NCBI GenBank assembly: GCA_963849325.1
Contig: CAWKHF010000005.1
Coordinates: 864,001-928,000, forward strand
Length of the DNA stretch: 64,000 nucleotides
From: an uncultured Planctomycetota bacterium
GTDB taxonomy: Bacteria > Planctomycetota > Planctomycetia > Gemmatales > Gemmataceae
Direction: 5' to 3'
The notes below the pieces were generated by a model, which searched no databases, was not told the origin of the DNA, and saw only the letters and a program-made list of their open reading frames with translations. Made by a program: the position numbers and the translations under genes. Numbering within the stretch: the first letter of the stretch is position 1; each line of letters begins with the position of its first letter. Shown piece after piece: positions 55,454 through 64,000 of this stretch.

Positions 55454-55978
55454 TCACTCGCTAGGACGGTCCCAACGGGGAGCCTGGACGACGCGCAGTC
55501 GCTCAGCGAGGGCACGGCCATTCACGCGGACGGCGATTTCTTCGTGGTAGCGGATGCCGCGCAGTCGCCATTCTTTTCGAGACCCCAGTTCTTTCCAATC
55601 CAGGATGAGACGACCGCTGTCTTGTAAGATGTTCTCACCGAGGGTTTGTCGCTGCCGGGACCAGGTGTTCGCATCGACGCGGGCGGCCAGCGCCTGGAGC
55701 AAGGCGGTACGCAGGGCGTCGCGGATGGCCTCCTCGGACGTCCAACCCGTCCCCTGAGCGATAACGCAGACAACCTCGCCGGGCGAGAGGGGAGCCGAGG
55801 ACGGCGAAGGGGACCGAGGCGTTTCTTCCTTGAGAGAGGAAGGTCGGGCCTCGGCAGCTGGTTTCGTTCCCTCGCCGTGAATGTCCCGCACGGCCATGTC
55901 CACCACCACGGGGGCGATGATGCTCGTGAAAACGACGGCGAGGAATTTCCCAAAACATCCCTGGATCTTGGCGATCAT
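55454..55978 (-). CDS. Hypothetical membrane-anchored protein
   Basis: N-terminal TM segment; AQGTG.T.EEA.RDALR.A. Confidence 0.6.
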   Translation of the reverse strand: MIAKIQGCFGKFLAVVFTSIIAPVVVDMAVRDIHGEGTKPAAEARPSSLKEETPRSPSPSSAPLSPGEVVCVIAQGTGWTSEEAIRDALRTALLQALAARVDANTWSRQRQTLGENILQDSGRLILDWKELGSRKEWRLRGIRYHEEIAVRVNGRALAERLRVVQAPRWDRPSE

Positions 55979-56204
55979 GACTTCTCCTCCCTGAAACGGT
56001 CCCAATCGTTAGCGATTCGATGTGGATAAAACAGGCAAGTGCCATACCGGCTCGTGCCACGGCACTCCGGGCGCGGACATTCTCGGCCGCGAAGGCGCGG
56101 ATTGTAACGATTACGGCGAATCGAGAGAGGGAGAGGAGACGGGAAGAAGGCGTGACCTCGACCGGACGACATCACCCGCCAGCGCGGCGCGGCTGGCCCA
56201 GGAT

Positions 56205-56322
56205 GGCGAACGGCCGGCGTAAGCCGGCTGGTGGGATCCACACTAGCCGGCTTACGCCGGCCGTTCGCCCCGTAAGCCGGCTGGTGGGATCCACACTAGC
56301 CGGCTTACGCCGGCCGTTCGCC
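56205..56322. repeat. Family C REP with tandem partial duplication (BIME-like)
   Basis: CGTAAGCCGGCTGGTGGGATCCACACTAGCCGGCTTACGCCGGCCGTTCGCC occurs twice. Confidence 0.9.
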
Positions 56323-56327
56323 CTGAA

Positions 56328-57209
56328 TTATCGCACCTCGATTTCCAGCGTCGGCAGATCGAGCTGGCCCTTCCAGGCAATTTTTTGGTACGTCTCGGTC
56401 TCTGGGGACGAGACGGCGAACCTCCCGTGCAGGATGTACCTGCCAGGCTTCAATTCCCAGCACTGCATGGTGGGCAGGAGCGCCAGGTGCGCTCCCGGCC
56501 CGGCCGAGATGCCAATACCGTAGTCGTACAGCGAGAATCCCAGGTAGCAGCCACGCGGCAAGACGCCCCACTGCGGACCTGGCACGGGGCCGCTCCGCGC
56601 CAGCGGCATCTGCTGGGGTATGGGAGTTCCATCGAGGTTGAGCAACCGCACGCGCACCGATGCCGGATCGTTCCGCACCGCCAGCGGTCCCGTGGAGACG
56701 TTCTTCAACTCGACGTACAGGTCGATGATCTCCCTGCCGTTGCTGCGCGGTCGTGCGCGCCGAACCAGCCGGCCGCGCAGTCCGGAGACCGCCTCCGACC
56801 AGCCAGCGTCGGCCTCCCGGTCTGCGTTCCTGGCGAGGAGATCGTCGAGATATTTCTTCAGCCCAGTCTTCGCTTGCCAGTCGCCGTTGCCGTGCCCTTC
56901 CGACCAGACCTTGCCATCGGGGTCCACGGAAACCAGGATCGGAGCGCCCTCGGCGGGGACGAATTTCAGGCGATACCCCGGCCTCCAGCCGCCCGCGATG
57001 TCGGACTTCTTGCCCTGTCCCACACCGGGGAAGAAGCCGGCAATCTGGGCAAGCGTCTCTCGATCAGTGACGACGATCGCCTTGTCGCGGCCGCCCCGAG
57101 GCGAGAGGCGCTCGACCTCGATCTTGTCGAAGCGCGGTCCGTCCTTGGCGGGACCACCGCAGCCGAACGAGAGCAGAACCGCTGCGGCCGTCAGAGCGAT
57201 TTTTTTCAT
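56328..57209 (-). CDS. Putative lipoprotein, two domains
   Basis: MKKIALTAAAVLLSFGC; WSEAVSGLRGRL second-domain start. Confidence 0.7.
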   Translation of the reverse strand: MKKIALTAAAVLLSFGCGGPAKDGPRFDKIEVERLSPRGGRDKAIVVTDRETLAQIAGFFPGVGQGKKSDIAGGWRPGYRLKFVPAEGAPILVSVDPDGKVWSEGHGNGDWQAKTGLKKYLDDLLARNADREADAGWSEAVSGLRGRLVRRARPRSNGREIIDLYVELKNVSTGPLAVRNDPASVRVRLLNLDGTPIPQQMPLARSGPVPGPQWGVLPRGCYLGFSLYDYGIGISAGPGAHLALLPTMQCWELKPGRYILHGRFAVSSPETETYQKIAWKGQLDLPTLEIEVR

Positions 57210-57241
57210 CCTCTTTCTCCTTATTCCCTGAAAGGATCGAC

Positions 57242-60200
57242 TCAGACCGCCGGCGCGGCGGGGCTGGTCCGGCGGCGCATCCGCAGGAACAGCCGATAGA
57301 CCGCCCAGATCACCAGCACCCAGGGCAGGATAACGCAAACACCGACGATCAGGAACATCAGGCTCCAGGACAGGGCCGCGAAGCTGAACGACAGTCCGCC
57401 CGGATCTTCGGCCACAACCCTTCGTCGCCGGCCACGATCAGCTGCTTGTTCAACAGCGTCACGTCCAGGCGAGCGATGGCCAGGGCGCTATCGGGCACTT
57501 CCGGGTGCTTGGCCGACTGCTGCACGCGCACGGTGCCGGCCGACTTCAGCCGATCGAGCAGCTCGTGGACCTTCGCCAGCGGCACGTCGTAAACCAGTTT
57601 GCCGGTGACGCGGCCGTTGCGCTCGCGCGATACGTTCGACTCGACGGTTCGGCCCTGACGCTCGCCGACCAGCGCCGACAGCATGGCCGCGGTCTGGTCC
57701 ACGTCGGACACCTCGACGCCGAACACGAACGTCTCGCGCGGCGGAATGGCGGCCTGATTGATGAGCGTCGAGCTGCCAGTGGACCTTGCTGTCGAGGACG
57801 TTGTCGCCCTCCGGCGCCCGCGTCACGTGACGGGTGTAAATGTCGCCGGCGGCGGCGAGGGCGGCGCGGAGCACGGCCTCTTCCGAACGACGGACCTCGA
57901 AGTCGAGCGTCGCGGTGACGTTCTGCCGATTCTGCTCGTTGAGCTGAGCGTTCATCATGCGTCCCTTGACCTTGGCGACGGCTTCCTGCACGGCGCGATA
58001 GCCCGCCGCCACGTCCGCCGAGGCGATCTGAACCACGTCGGTTTCGCGGGCCGTCACCGCGCCCATCGGCCACAGCTGCACGCGGAAGCCGCGCTTCTTG
58101 CGCGTGGTGTTCGGGACGTCGGGGTTCTCGGTCACTTGCAGACGCATCACTTCGCCGGCCGCCTTGACGTCGTCCAGCACGGCGTCGGCCAGGCTGCTTT
58201 TGACCTCGAGCTGAACATCGCTCTGCGTCTGATTGGTGTGGTTGCTGTTGAAGTTGGAGGCGAGGACGCGGCCGGCCGCCTTGTCCACGCGGGCCAGCAA
58301 TGTTTTCAGCACGGCCTCCACGTCCACGCAAGCCAGGTTGACGATCACCGTCTCGCGCGGCGCCACGTTGACCAGGTTGTAGAACGACACGATAAAAACG
58401 CTGTCTTTGCGCTTGGTCTTGCCGTCGGCCGGCTTGCCGCTGCCGCCCTCGGTCTCCTCCAGCCGATCGATGTCGAGCCGGGCCACGGTGCCTAGCTGCT
58501 TGAGGTGATCGCGCAGCGGCCCCGCCGCGTCCGGCGATACCTCGAACTGCAAGACCGCGGCGAACTGTCCCGCCGAGTGCTGCTTCATCTCCGAGCGCGT
58601 GATGCGTCCCTTGGCCTCGCGCACCGCCTTCTGCGCCGCCTGGAACGCCTGGTCCACGTCGTCCGCCTCGATGCCCATCTGAATGCGCTCGCGCTCGATG
58701 ACGCCGGAAGGGGCCTGGATCTCCTTCTCGTACAGGGTAATCGTCAACGTGCTGAGGGCGACCTGGTTGGCGTAGTAGCGCAGCTCGCCCTCGATCTGCT
58801 CGATGCGTTCGCGCCAGTTGCCCAGCTCCTTCTCGACGGCGAGCAAGTCCTTGATCTCGCCCTTGCCGCTCTTGATGATTTGCAGCAGCCGCTCTTCCAT
58901 CGCACGGGCGGCCCGCAGGCGGCTCTCCAGGTCGGTGTACTGCTTGGTGATGTCCTGGCTGCCGATGCGCTGGTTCTTCAGTTCGCCGCCCTTGCCGAGG
59001 TCGGTGCGCAGGTCGAGCAAGAGGGCGTCGAGGCTCTCCGGCGGCACGCGGACGACGACGGTGCCGCGCACCTTGCCGTTGGCCAGCTTGTCGCTGTTGA
59101 CGGTGGCGAGGAAGCCGCCCTTGATGTTCTTGAGCAGGCGCGTGATGGTCGCCACGGCGGCGTCGAACGATTGGACTTCATACTCGACCTCGCCGGTGCG
59201 GATGACGATCTTGCGCGGGCCGGCCTGGGCGTCGGGCTTGTCGGGCGACTTGGGTGTACCCTTGCGTGCCTCCGCTTTGTCTCGGCCGCTCTGATCCGGG
59301 CTGCTCGTACTCGATGGTTTCTGGGCCGAGGCGACGGCCGACGGCTCGTCCTTCGGCGAGCTTCGCCAACTCCTTTACGTCCAGCAGCTGGCTCGGGGCG
59401 AAGTAGCCGCGTAGCAGTGGGTTCGCATTGACCTTGGCCGGTGCCGTGGTGGGCGTGGCGGTCGCGGCGAGAGAAGGAGTATAGGAGTAATAAGGTGTAT
59501 TTTGGGGTGGAATGCCCGCTGGGCCGGGCATACCGCCCATCATGCCCATACCACCGCCTGCCATGCCCATCATGCCGGCCGGCATACGGCCATCCCCCAT
59601 CATCACGCTGCCTCCCGGCGGCATTGGCCCGTTCATCACGCCGCCTCCCGGCGGCATCGGCCCGTTGACGTGCGTCTGGTCAACGGGTTTCTCAGCCGAT
59701 GTTATCGTGTTGGAGGTTCTGCTTTGTATCGTCGAGGTAGCTTTCTCGCTCAATGCTTGAACCGGAGGATGGTAGCCGAGGTTGTTGTTTACCTGGTCCA
59801 AATTTTTCACATCCCCTCCAGCATCAAGTCGCCCTATAGCAGACTCGCGTGAGGCTCGCGCCATCTCGTCCACGTCCTGGCCATCTCCCAGGGACACACC
59901 GCGCTGGAAAGCGCCTGCGGACCACGCCACGCCGGAAACGATAGGCCGCTGGATACGAGCAATTGACTCACTCCGGCACCGGTGAGGGCGAGCAGCACCA
60001 CGGCCGCCGCCGCAAAAACGAACCACCCCGGCACGGGCAGACGCCATGCGGACTCTTGCGTTCGTGTCCGCAGCGATTGAATGACGCGATCCTCCAGGGC
60101 CGGACCCGGTCGCGCCGCGGCGAACAACCCGGACAGCGCGGCGTCCACGTCGCTGGCGGCGACTAGGGCGGCGGCACAGGAGGCACACTCGGCCGTGTGC

Positions 60201-60286
60201 TGGTCGAGGCGCTCGCGCTCGGCCGGCTCCAGGCCGTCGGCCAGGTACGCAGCGAGGTTCTCCACAACCCAGGCATGATCGGACAT
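57242..60286 (-). CDS. zf-HC2 anti-sigma-like protein with multiple DUF4349-like domains, split by indels
   Basis: L.AYL.D.L...ER..LDQHTAECASC, TM helix, RKIVIRTG, QDITKQYTDLESRL, C-terminal TM helix. Confidence 0.8.
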
Positions 60287-60302
60287 CACGGTATCTCCTC
60301 AC

Positions 60303-60369
60303 CGTTTAGCCGCGACGCGCAGCGGAGCGCGGGCTTTTCCCGCGCTCCGCTGCGCGTCGCGGCTAAACG
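60303..60369. repeat. REP-like palindrome, family B copy 2
   Basis: CGTTTAGCCGCGACGCGCAGCGGAGCGCGGG...CCCGCGCTCCGCTGCGCGTCGCGGCTAAACG. Confidence 0.9.
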
Positions 60370-60371
60370 AG

Positions 60372-60947
60372 TCATCGTGTCTTCTCGCGCAGTTCCGCGG
60401 GTAGCCTCTCCTGCAACAGTTTCAAACCACGGTGCAGCAGACCGCGCAGCGAACCGTTGGTGACACCCATTTGCAGTTGAATGGTTTCGTAGTCGGCGCC
60501 CGTCAGATAGCGTAGCGTCAACGGCAGACGATATTCCTCGGGCAGCGAGCGTAGCACGGCCAGGACTTGCGCCCGCGTCTCTCCGCGGACAGCCTGCTCC
60601 TCGGGGCGAGGCGAGCGGTCCTCGACGTGGGCCAGGGCCGCCATCCCACTCCGCACCGACCCGGCGCGTTTCTGTCGCAGTTCACGGCGGACGGCATCGG
60701 TGTGGACATTCTGGGCAATGGTCAGCAGCCAGCCGCGAAACGCCTTCGGTTCGCTCAGCTTGCCCAGCGAGCGGAAGGCGGTCAGCAGCGTCTCTTGCAG
60801 CAGATCCTCGGCGCGATGGGCGTCGCCTACCTCCAGGTACAGCCGAGCGAAGATCAGGCGCGAGGTACGGCGAACCAGTTCCTCGAACGCGGATCGATCG
60901 CCGCTCCGAGCACGCAGCACCAGGACTTCTTCGGAATCGATCATCAT
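60372..60947 (-). CDS. ECF sigma-70 factor
   Basis: GDRSAFEELV, AEDLLQET, FRGWL, LPEEYR, L.HRG...L. Confidence 0.92.
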   Translation of the reverse strand: MMIDSEEVLVLRARSGDRSAFEELVRRTSRLIFARLYLEVGDAHRAEDLLQETLLTAFRSLGKLSEPKAFRGWLLTIAQNVHTDAVRRELRQKRAGSVRSGMAALAHVEDRSPRPEEQAVRGETRAQVLAVLRSLPEEYRLPLTLRYLTGADYETIQLQMGVTNGSLRGLLHRGLKLLQERLPAELREKTR

Positions 60948-61159
60948 GTCTCCACTGATGGTAGACGCGATTCCGCCGCCCAGCGCGCAAAAAGGGAAAC
61001 CACTCCGACGCCGCGCGAATTATCCGTCACGACCGTTTCCCTCGGCACAAGGCGAGGCCACGGAAGGACCGGAGCGGCTCGCCAGGGTGCAGGCGCGGCC
61101 GCGCGGCCGTCGATCCAGTGTTAGAACTTGGCGAGTGGAGGGGAAGTAAGGAGAGGGCG

Positions 61160-61444
61160 ATGTTGCGGCCGCTGGCGATCCTTGTACTACTCACCTCGGC
61201 GGTCGGTCCCTGCGCCGCGGAATGGTCTCCGGGACAGGGGCGCATCTGGATCGGGCCGCCGGCCAATCCCGAACGCTATTCCCGCTTCGCCACCGACAAC
61301 GGCATCCCCGGCACCGGGCATTACGCCTACTTCGATTACAACTGGCCGTCGCTGCGCCAGGCGCTGGACCAGTATGGCCTGTTCGGACGACGGGTGCGGG
61401 GACCAAAGAGGAGTAGTGTTAGCCGGCCTCTTCCGGCTCAATGA
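61160..61444 (+). CDS. Small secreted hypothetical protein
   Basis: GGAG RBS, signal-peptide-like N-terminus. Confidence 0.45.
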   Translation: MLRPLAILVLLTSAVGPCAAEWSPGQGRIWIGPPANPERYSRFATDNGIPGTGHYAYFDYNWPSLRQALDQYGLFGRRVRGPKRSSVSRPLPAQ

Positions 61445-61931
61445 CGAGTACGAAGCCATCCCACCAGGAGAGGAAGCGCTTCAGCGGCATGGTGCGGATG
61501 CGGCCGTCCGCGTCGTTGGAGTCGATGACGCGCACTTCGTCGGGACCGTAATCGACCAGGGTGACGATGTGCCGTCCCGCTCCGGGTCGGCGTTCGCGGA
61601 AACCGACGAGGGCGCCCTGTTTCTCGCGCACCGCGTAGCGGAGAAGGTTCTTATCGCGGCAGCCGGGATCCTGGACCATGTAGTTGACATCGACTTCGTC
61701 CAGGGCCGCTTCCAGGTCTTCGGGACGAGCGGGGCTTGTGTGCTTGTCGGCCAGGTGGTAGAGGTCGGTGATGCCGTGATAGCGGGCCAGCGTCTCCAGG
61801 GCGCACCAGCCGCAACGCTGTCCGGGAAGGTCGCGGACCCGGCAAGCCAGCGGAATCGGCACCTCGGCATGTAGGGCAGCAGGGAGGAGAAGAGCGGCGA
61901 GGAAAAGTATCTCACGCAAACACAGGCACAT
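61419..61931 (-). CDS. Secreted papain-like/C39-like cysteine peptidase
   Basis: CGWCALE (Cys), HIVTLV (His), VIDSN (Asp). Confidence 0.65.
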   Translation of the reverse strand: MCLCLREILFLAALLLPAALHAEVPIPLACRVRDLPGQRCGWCALETLARYHGITDLYHLADKHTSPARPEDLEAALDEVDVNYMVQDPGCRDKNLLRYAVREKQGALVGFRERRPGAGRHIVTLVDYGPDEVRVIDSNDADGRIRTMPLKRFLSWWDGFVLVIEPEEAG

Positions 61932-62110
61932 AGACTCGCCCAGCAACCTGACTTATCACGACTTGTGCAGGTTATCGAGGAAATGTGAAGATTTGATTTG
62001 GAAAAGAAGTGAGCATTGCGTAAAGTAAAAGAGGAAATGGTGGGACGATCTACCTACCAGCCCGGAGCGCCAGCGACGGGTTAGTAGGTAGACAAAGCGA
62101 GGATGTCGTC

Positions 62111-62730
62111 ATGTGGCGAAACGGAACATCGCGGTGGTTCCGGTCCTTCGGGGCGGTGGGACTGTTGGTCCTCGCCGTTTCGCCGGCCCTGGCCCAGTCT
62201 CCGTCTCGTCCGCTTCTCTACTATTATTTCCTCCCCGGCGTCGGCTACGTGCCGGTGTACGCCCCGGCCCCGGCTGCCGCCGCTCCGAAGTCCAGCCCCA
62301 GTTACGGGGCGGAAGCTCCACGAGCCGGAGAGCCGGACTACTACGAGGAAGATTACCCCAACGCGCCGCCGGACAAGCCCGACGAGAAGATGCCGGCCCG
62401 CATCCGCGTCCGCTTGCCGGCCAACGCTGAGCTGCTCATCAACGGCCAGAAGACGACCTCGACCGGGCCGGTGCGCGAGTTCGAGACGCCGGAGTTGAAT
62501 CCCGATCGCGTCTATACGTATGTCATGCGGGCACGCTGGACGGAGGGCAGCCTCACGGTAGAGAAAAGCCTGAAGGTGCGTACCCTGTCCGGCAAGCGCG
62601 TGACGGTCAACTTCGTATCGCCGGCACGGGAACGCCCGCCGCGCAACCCGTTGTCCGCGTCTCCGCGACGGAGACACCGTCGAACCCAGCGCCGTCGCCC
62701 TCGCGGTGGTCGGCCCCTTATCCGTAGCCG
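62111..62730 (+). CDS. TIGR03000-type planctomycete domain protein; 3' end uncertain
   Basis: ARIRVRLPANAELLINGQKTTSTGPVREFETPEL...YTY...ARW. Confidence 0.8.
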
Positions 62731-62737
62731 CCAGCCC

Positions 62738-64000
62738 TCAAAACGCCAGCTGCATCTGCGTCCGCACCAGCCAGCCATCGACGCCGGCGATGTAACCGGC
62801 CGGCGAAGCGCCGCCGGCCGCCGGGTTGCCGCCCTGGTAGACACTGAAATCCGTGGACCACTTCACCAGCTGGCCATAGAAGAAGTAGTTGAAGCCGGCC
62901 GCGATCTCGGTGGCCTGGTGGTAGTTGCGGAAGGCCCCGTCGATGACGCGCACCGGCGCGGCGACGCCGGGTACGCTCACCGTGCGGAACTTGCCCGTGC
63001 CGTCGATGTCGCCGCTGTCGCCCTCGATCATGGAGTAACGGCCGACAATCTCCAACTTCTTGGGAATGACGAAGTAGCCGCCCTGCACCAGGGTGCCGAA
63101 GTCGGTCAGGTTGCCGCCGGGAAAGAGGGCGTTGGCCCCGGTGCCGTCCTGGTAGACGATCAGGTTGTTGCCGGCGGGGGTCGTCTGGAAGCCGGTTAGC
63201 CGCCGCGCCCACCACTCGTTGGTCAGGCTGAAGCCGCGCCAGTGGAACGACGCCCAGGCGTCGCCGGCGTAATAATCGAATTTATCGACGTCGTGCGCGC
63301 CGGCCGGCGTGCTGGCGACGCCGTCGAGCAGGTTGATCAGCCGCGTGCCGTTGGGTCCGCCGGGGCTGACGAGCACTCGGCTCTGCTCGTCGTCGCCGTA
63401 GATGCTGCGGCGACCCATCGGCACTAAATCGACGGCCCCTCCCACGCGCAGCGTCGGGTTGGGACTCCACTCCAGGTCCGATGTCGAGAAGCCGTACAGG
63501 TTGTAGCGCTTGGCCTGCGCGTCCCAGGTGCCGCCGAAGTCGTACCACAAGCCGCCGATGAAAGCAGGCATGTTGTCCATCTGCGTATTGGGAAACTGCG
63601 AATCGTTGCCGTTGGTGATCATGGCGGTGGCGAACAGGCGGTCGTCGAAATCGCGGTACTGGACGGCGGCCGCCGTCAGCATGTTGTTGTCGTCGGAATC
63701 GAAGAACCAGTCGGCCATGGCGAAATCGACGAACTGGGCGTTGGCGCTGCCGAGGATTTCCGTGAAGCCGAAGAACGGCTGCTGCTTGCCGGCGATGAAG
63801 GTCAGCACCGGATGGTAGGCGTAGGTGCCTTCGGGGCAGTCCGGTCCGCAGCCCTTGCCGCGCGGGCCGAAGATCACGTCGTAGGCCACCCAGGCGGTGA
63901 ACAGACGCACGCCGGCGTCCACGGCGGCGCCGCCGCCGATGGCCGAGGCCGCGCCGCCGATGCCCGGCGCGGCATAGGACGCTCCCGGAGGCGTGCCCGT
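62738..64000 (-). CDS. Outer-membrane beta-barrel (porin-like), 5' part outside the window
   Basis: Alternating beta strands, QGGYF, GFNYFFYG, C-terminal TQMQLAF. Confidence 0.75.
   Translation of the reverse strand, partial: TGTPPGASYAAPGIGGAASAIGGGAAVDAGVRLFTAWVAYDVIFGPRGKGCGPDCPEGTYAYHPVLTFIAGKQQPFFGFTEILGSANAQFVDFAMADWFFDSDDNNMLTAAAVQYRDFDDRLFATAMITNGNDSQFPNTQMDNMPAFIGGLWYDFGGTWDAQAKRYNLYGFSTSDLEWSPNPTLRVGGAVDLVPMGRRSIYGDDEQSRVLVSPGGPNGTRLINLLDGVASTPAGAHDVDKFDYYAGDAWASFHWRGFSLTNEWWARRLTGFQTTPAGNNLIVYQDGTGANALFPGGNLTDFGTLVQGGYFVIPKKLEIVGRYSMIEGDSGDIDGTGKFRTVSVPGVAAPVRVIDGAFRNYHQATEIAAGFNYFFYGQLVKWSTDFSVYQGGNPAAGGASPAGYIAGVDGWLVRTQMQLAF

Noticed and set aside
56030-56046. Sigma54 promoter on the minus strand (TGGCACTTGCC)
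   Set aside because: The TTGC is not at the required GG-N10-GC spacing.
56205-56322. CRISPR array
   Set aside because: Only two copies, with identical internal sequence. It is a duplicated REP, and there are no cas genes.

Overview
High-GC bacterial chromosome segment, almost certainly a planctomycete (Gemmataceae-like; inferred from DUF4058, TIGR03000-type, ECF-kinase and pilin families). Many genes, including essential ones (aspS, guaA), are split by 1-bp indels, which points to sequencing error rather than pseudogenes. Contents, left to right: a truncated tyrosinase, an orphan N4/N6 DNA methyltransferase, sppA, a sigma54-preceded DksA/TraR gene, an asparaginase, a ~17.5-kb type IV pilus/T2SS-like cluster (pilB, pilT, pilB, pilC, five pilin-like genes and a giant PilX-like gene), a kinase-pseudokinase-PilZ protein, an ECF/Ser-Thr kinase pair and aspS. 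Next is a leuA-proC-guaA-dapF run in which every housekeeping junction holds a toxin/antitoxin or toxin/immunity-like cassette; one cassette is bounded by a duplicated guaA 3' end. After that come a complete Leu attenuator, an intact ISKra4-type IS with a 9-bp target duplication, tRNA-Glu, larB, a candidate sigma54-driven GGA-loop sRNA and an ECF/zf-HC2-DUF4349 pair. Most notable candidate systems: (1) inverted arms made of short tandem repeats, found both 'filled' (a four-helix-bundle gene inside the pilus operon) and 'empty'; (2) free-standing miniature polymorphic toxin/immunity pairs interleaved in a housekeeping operon.
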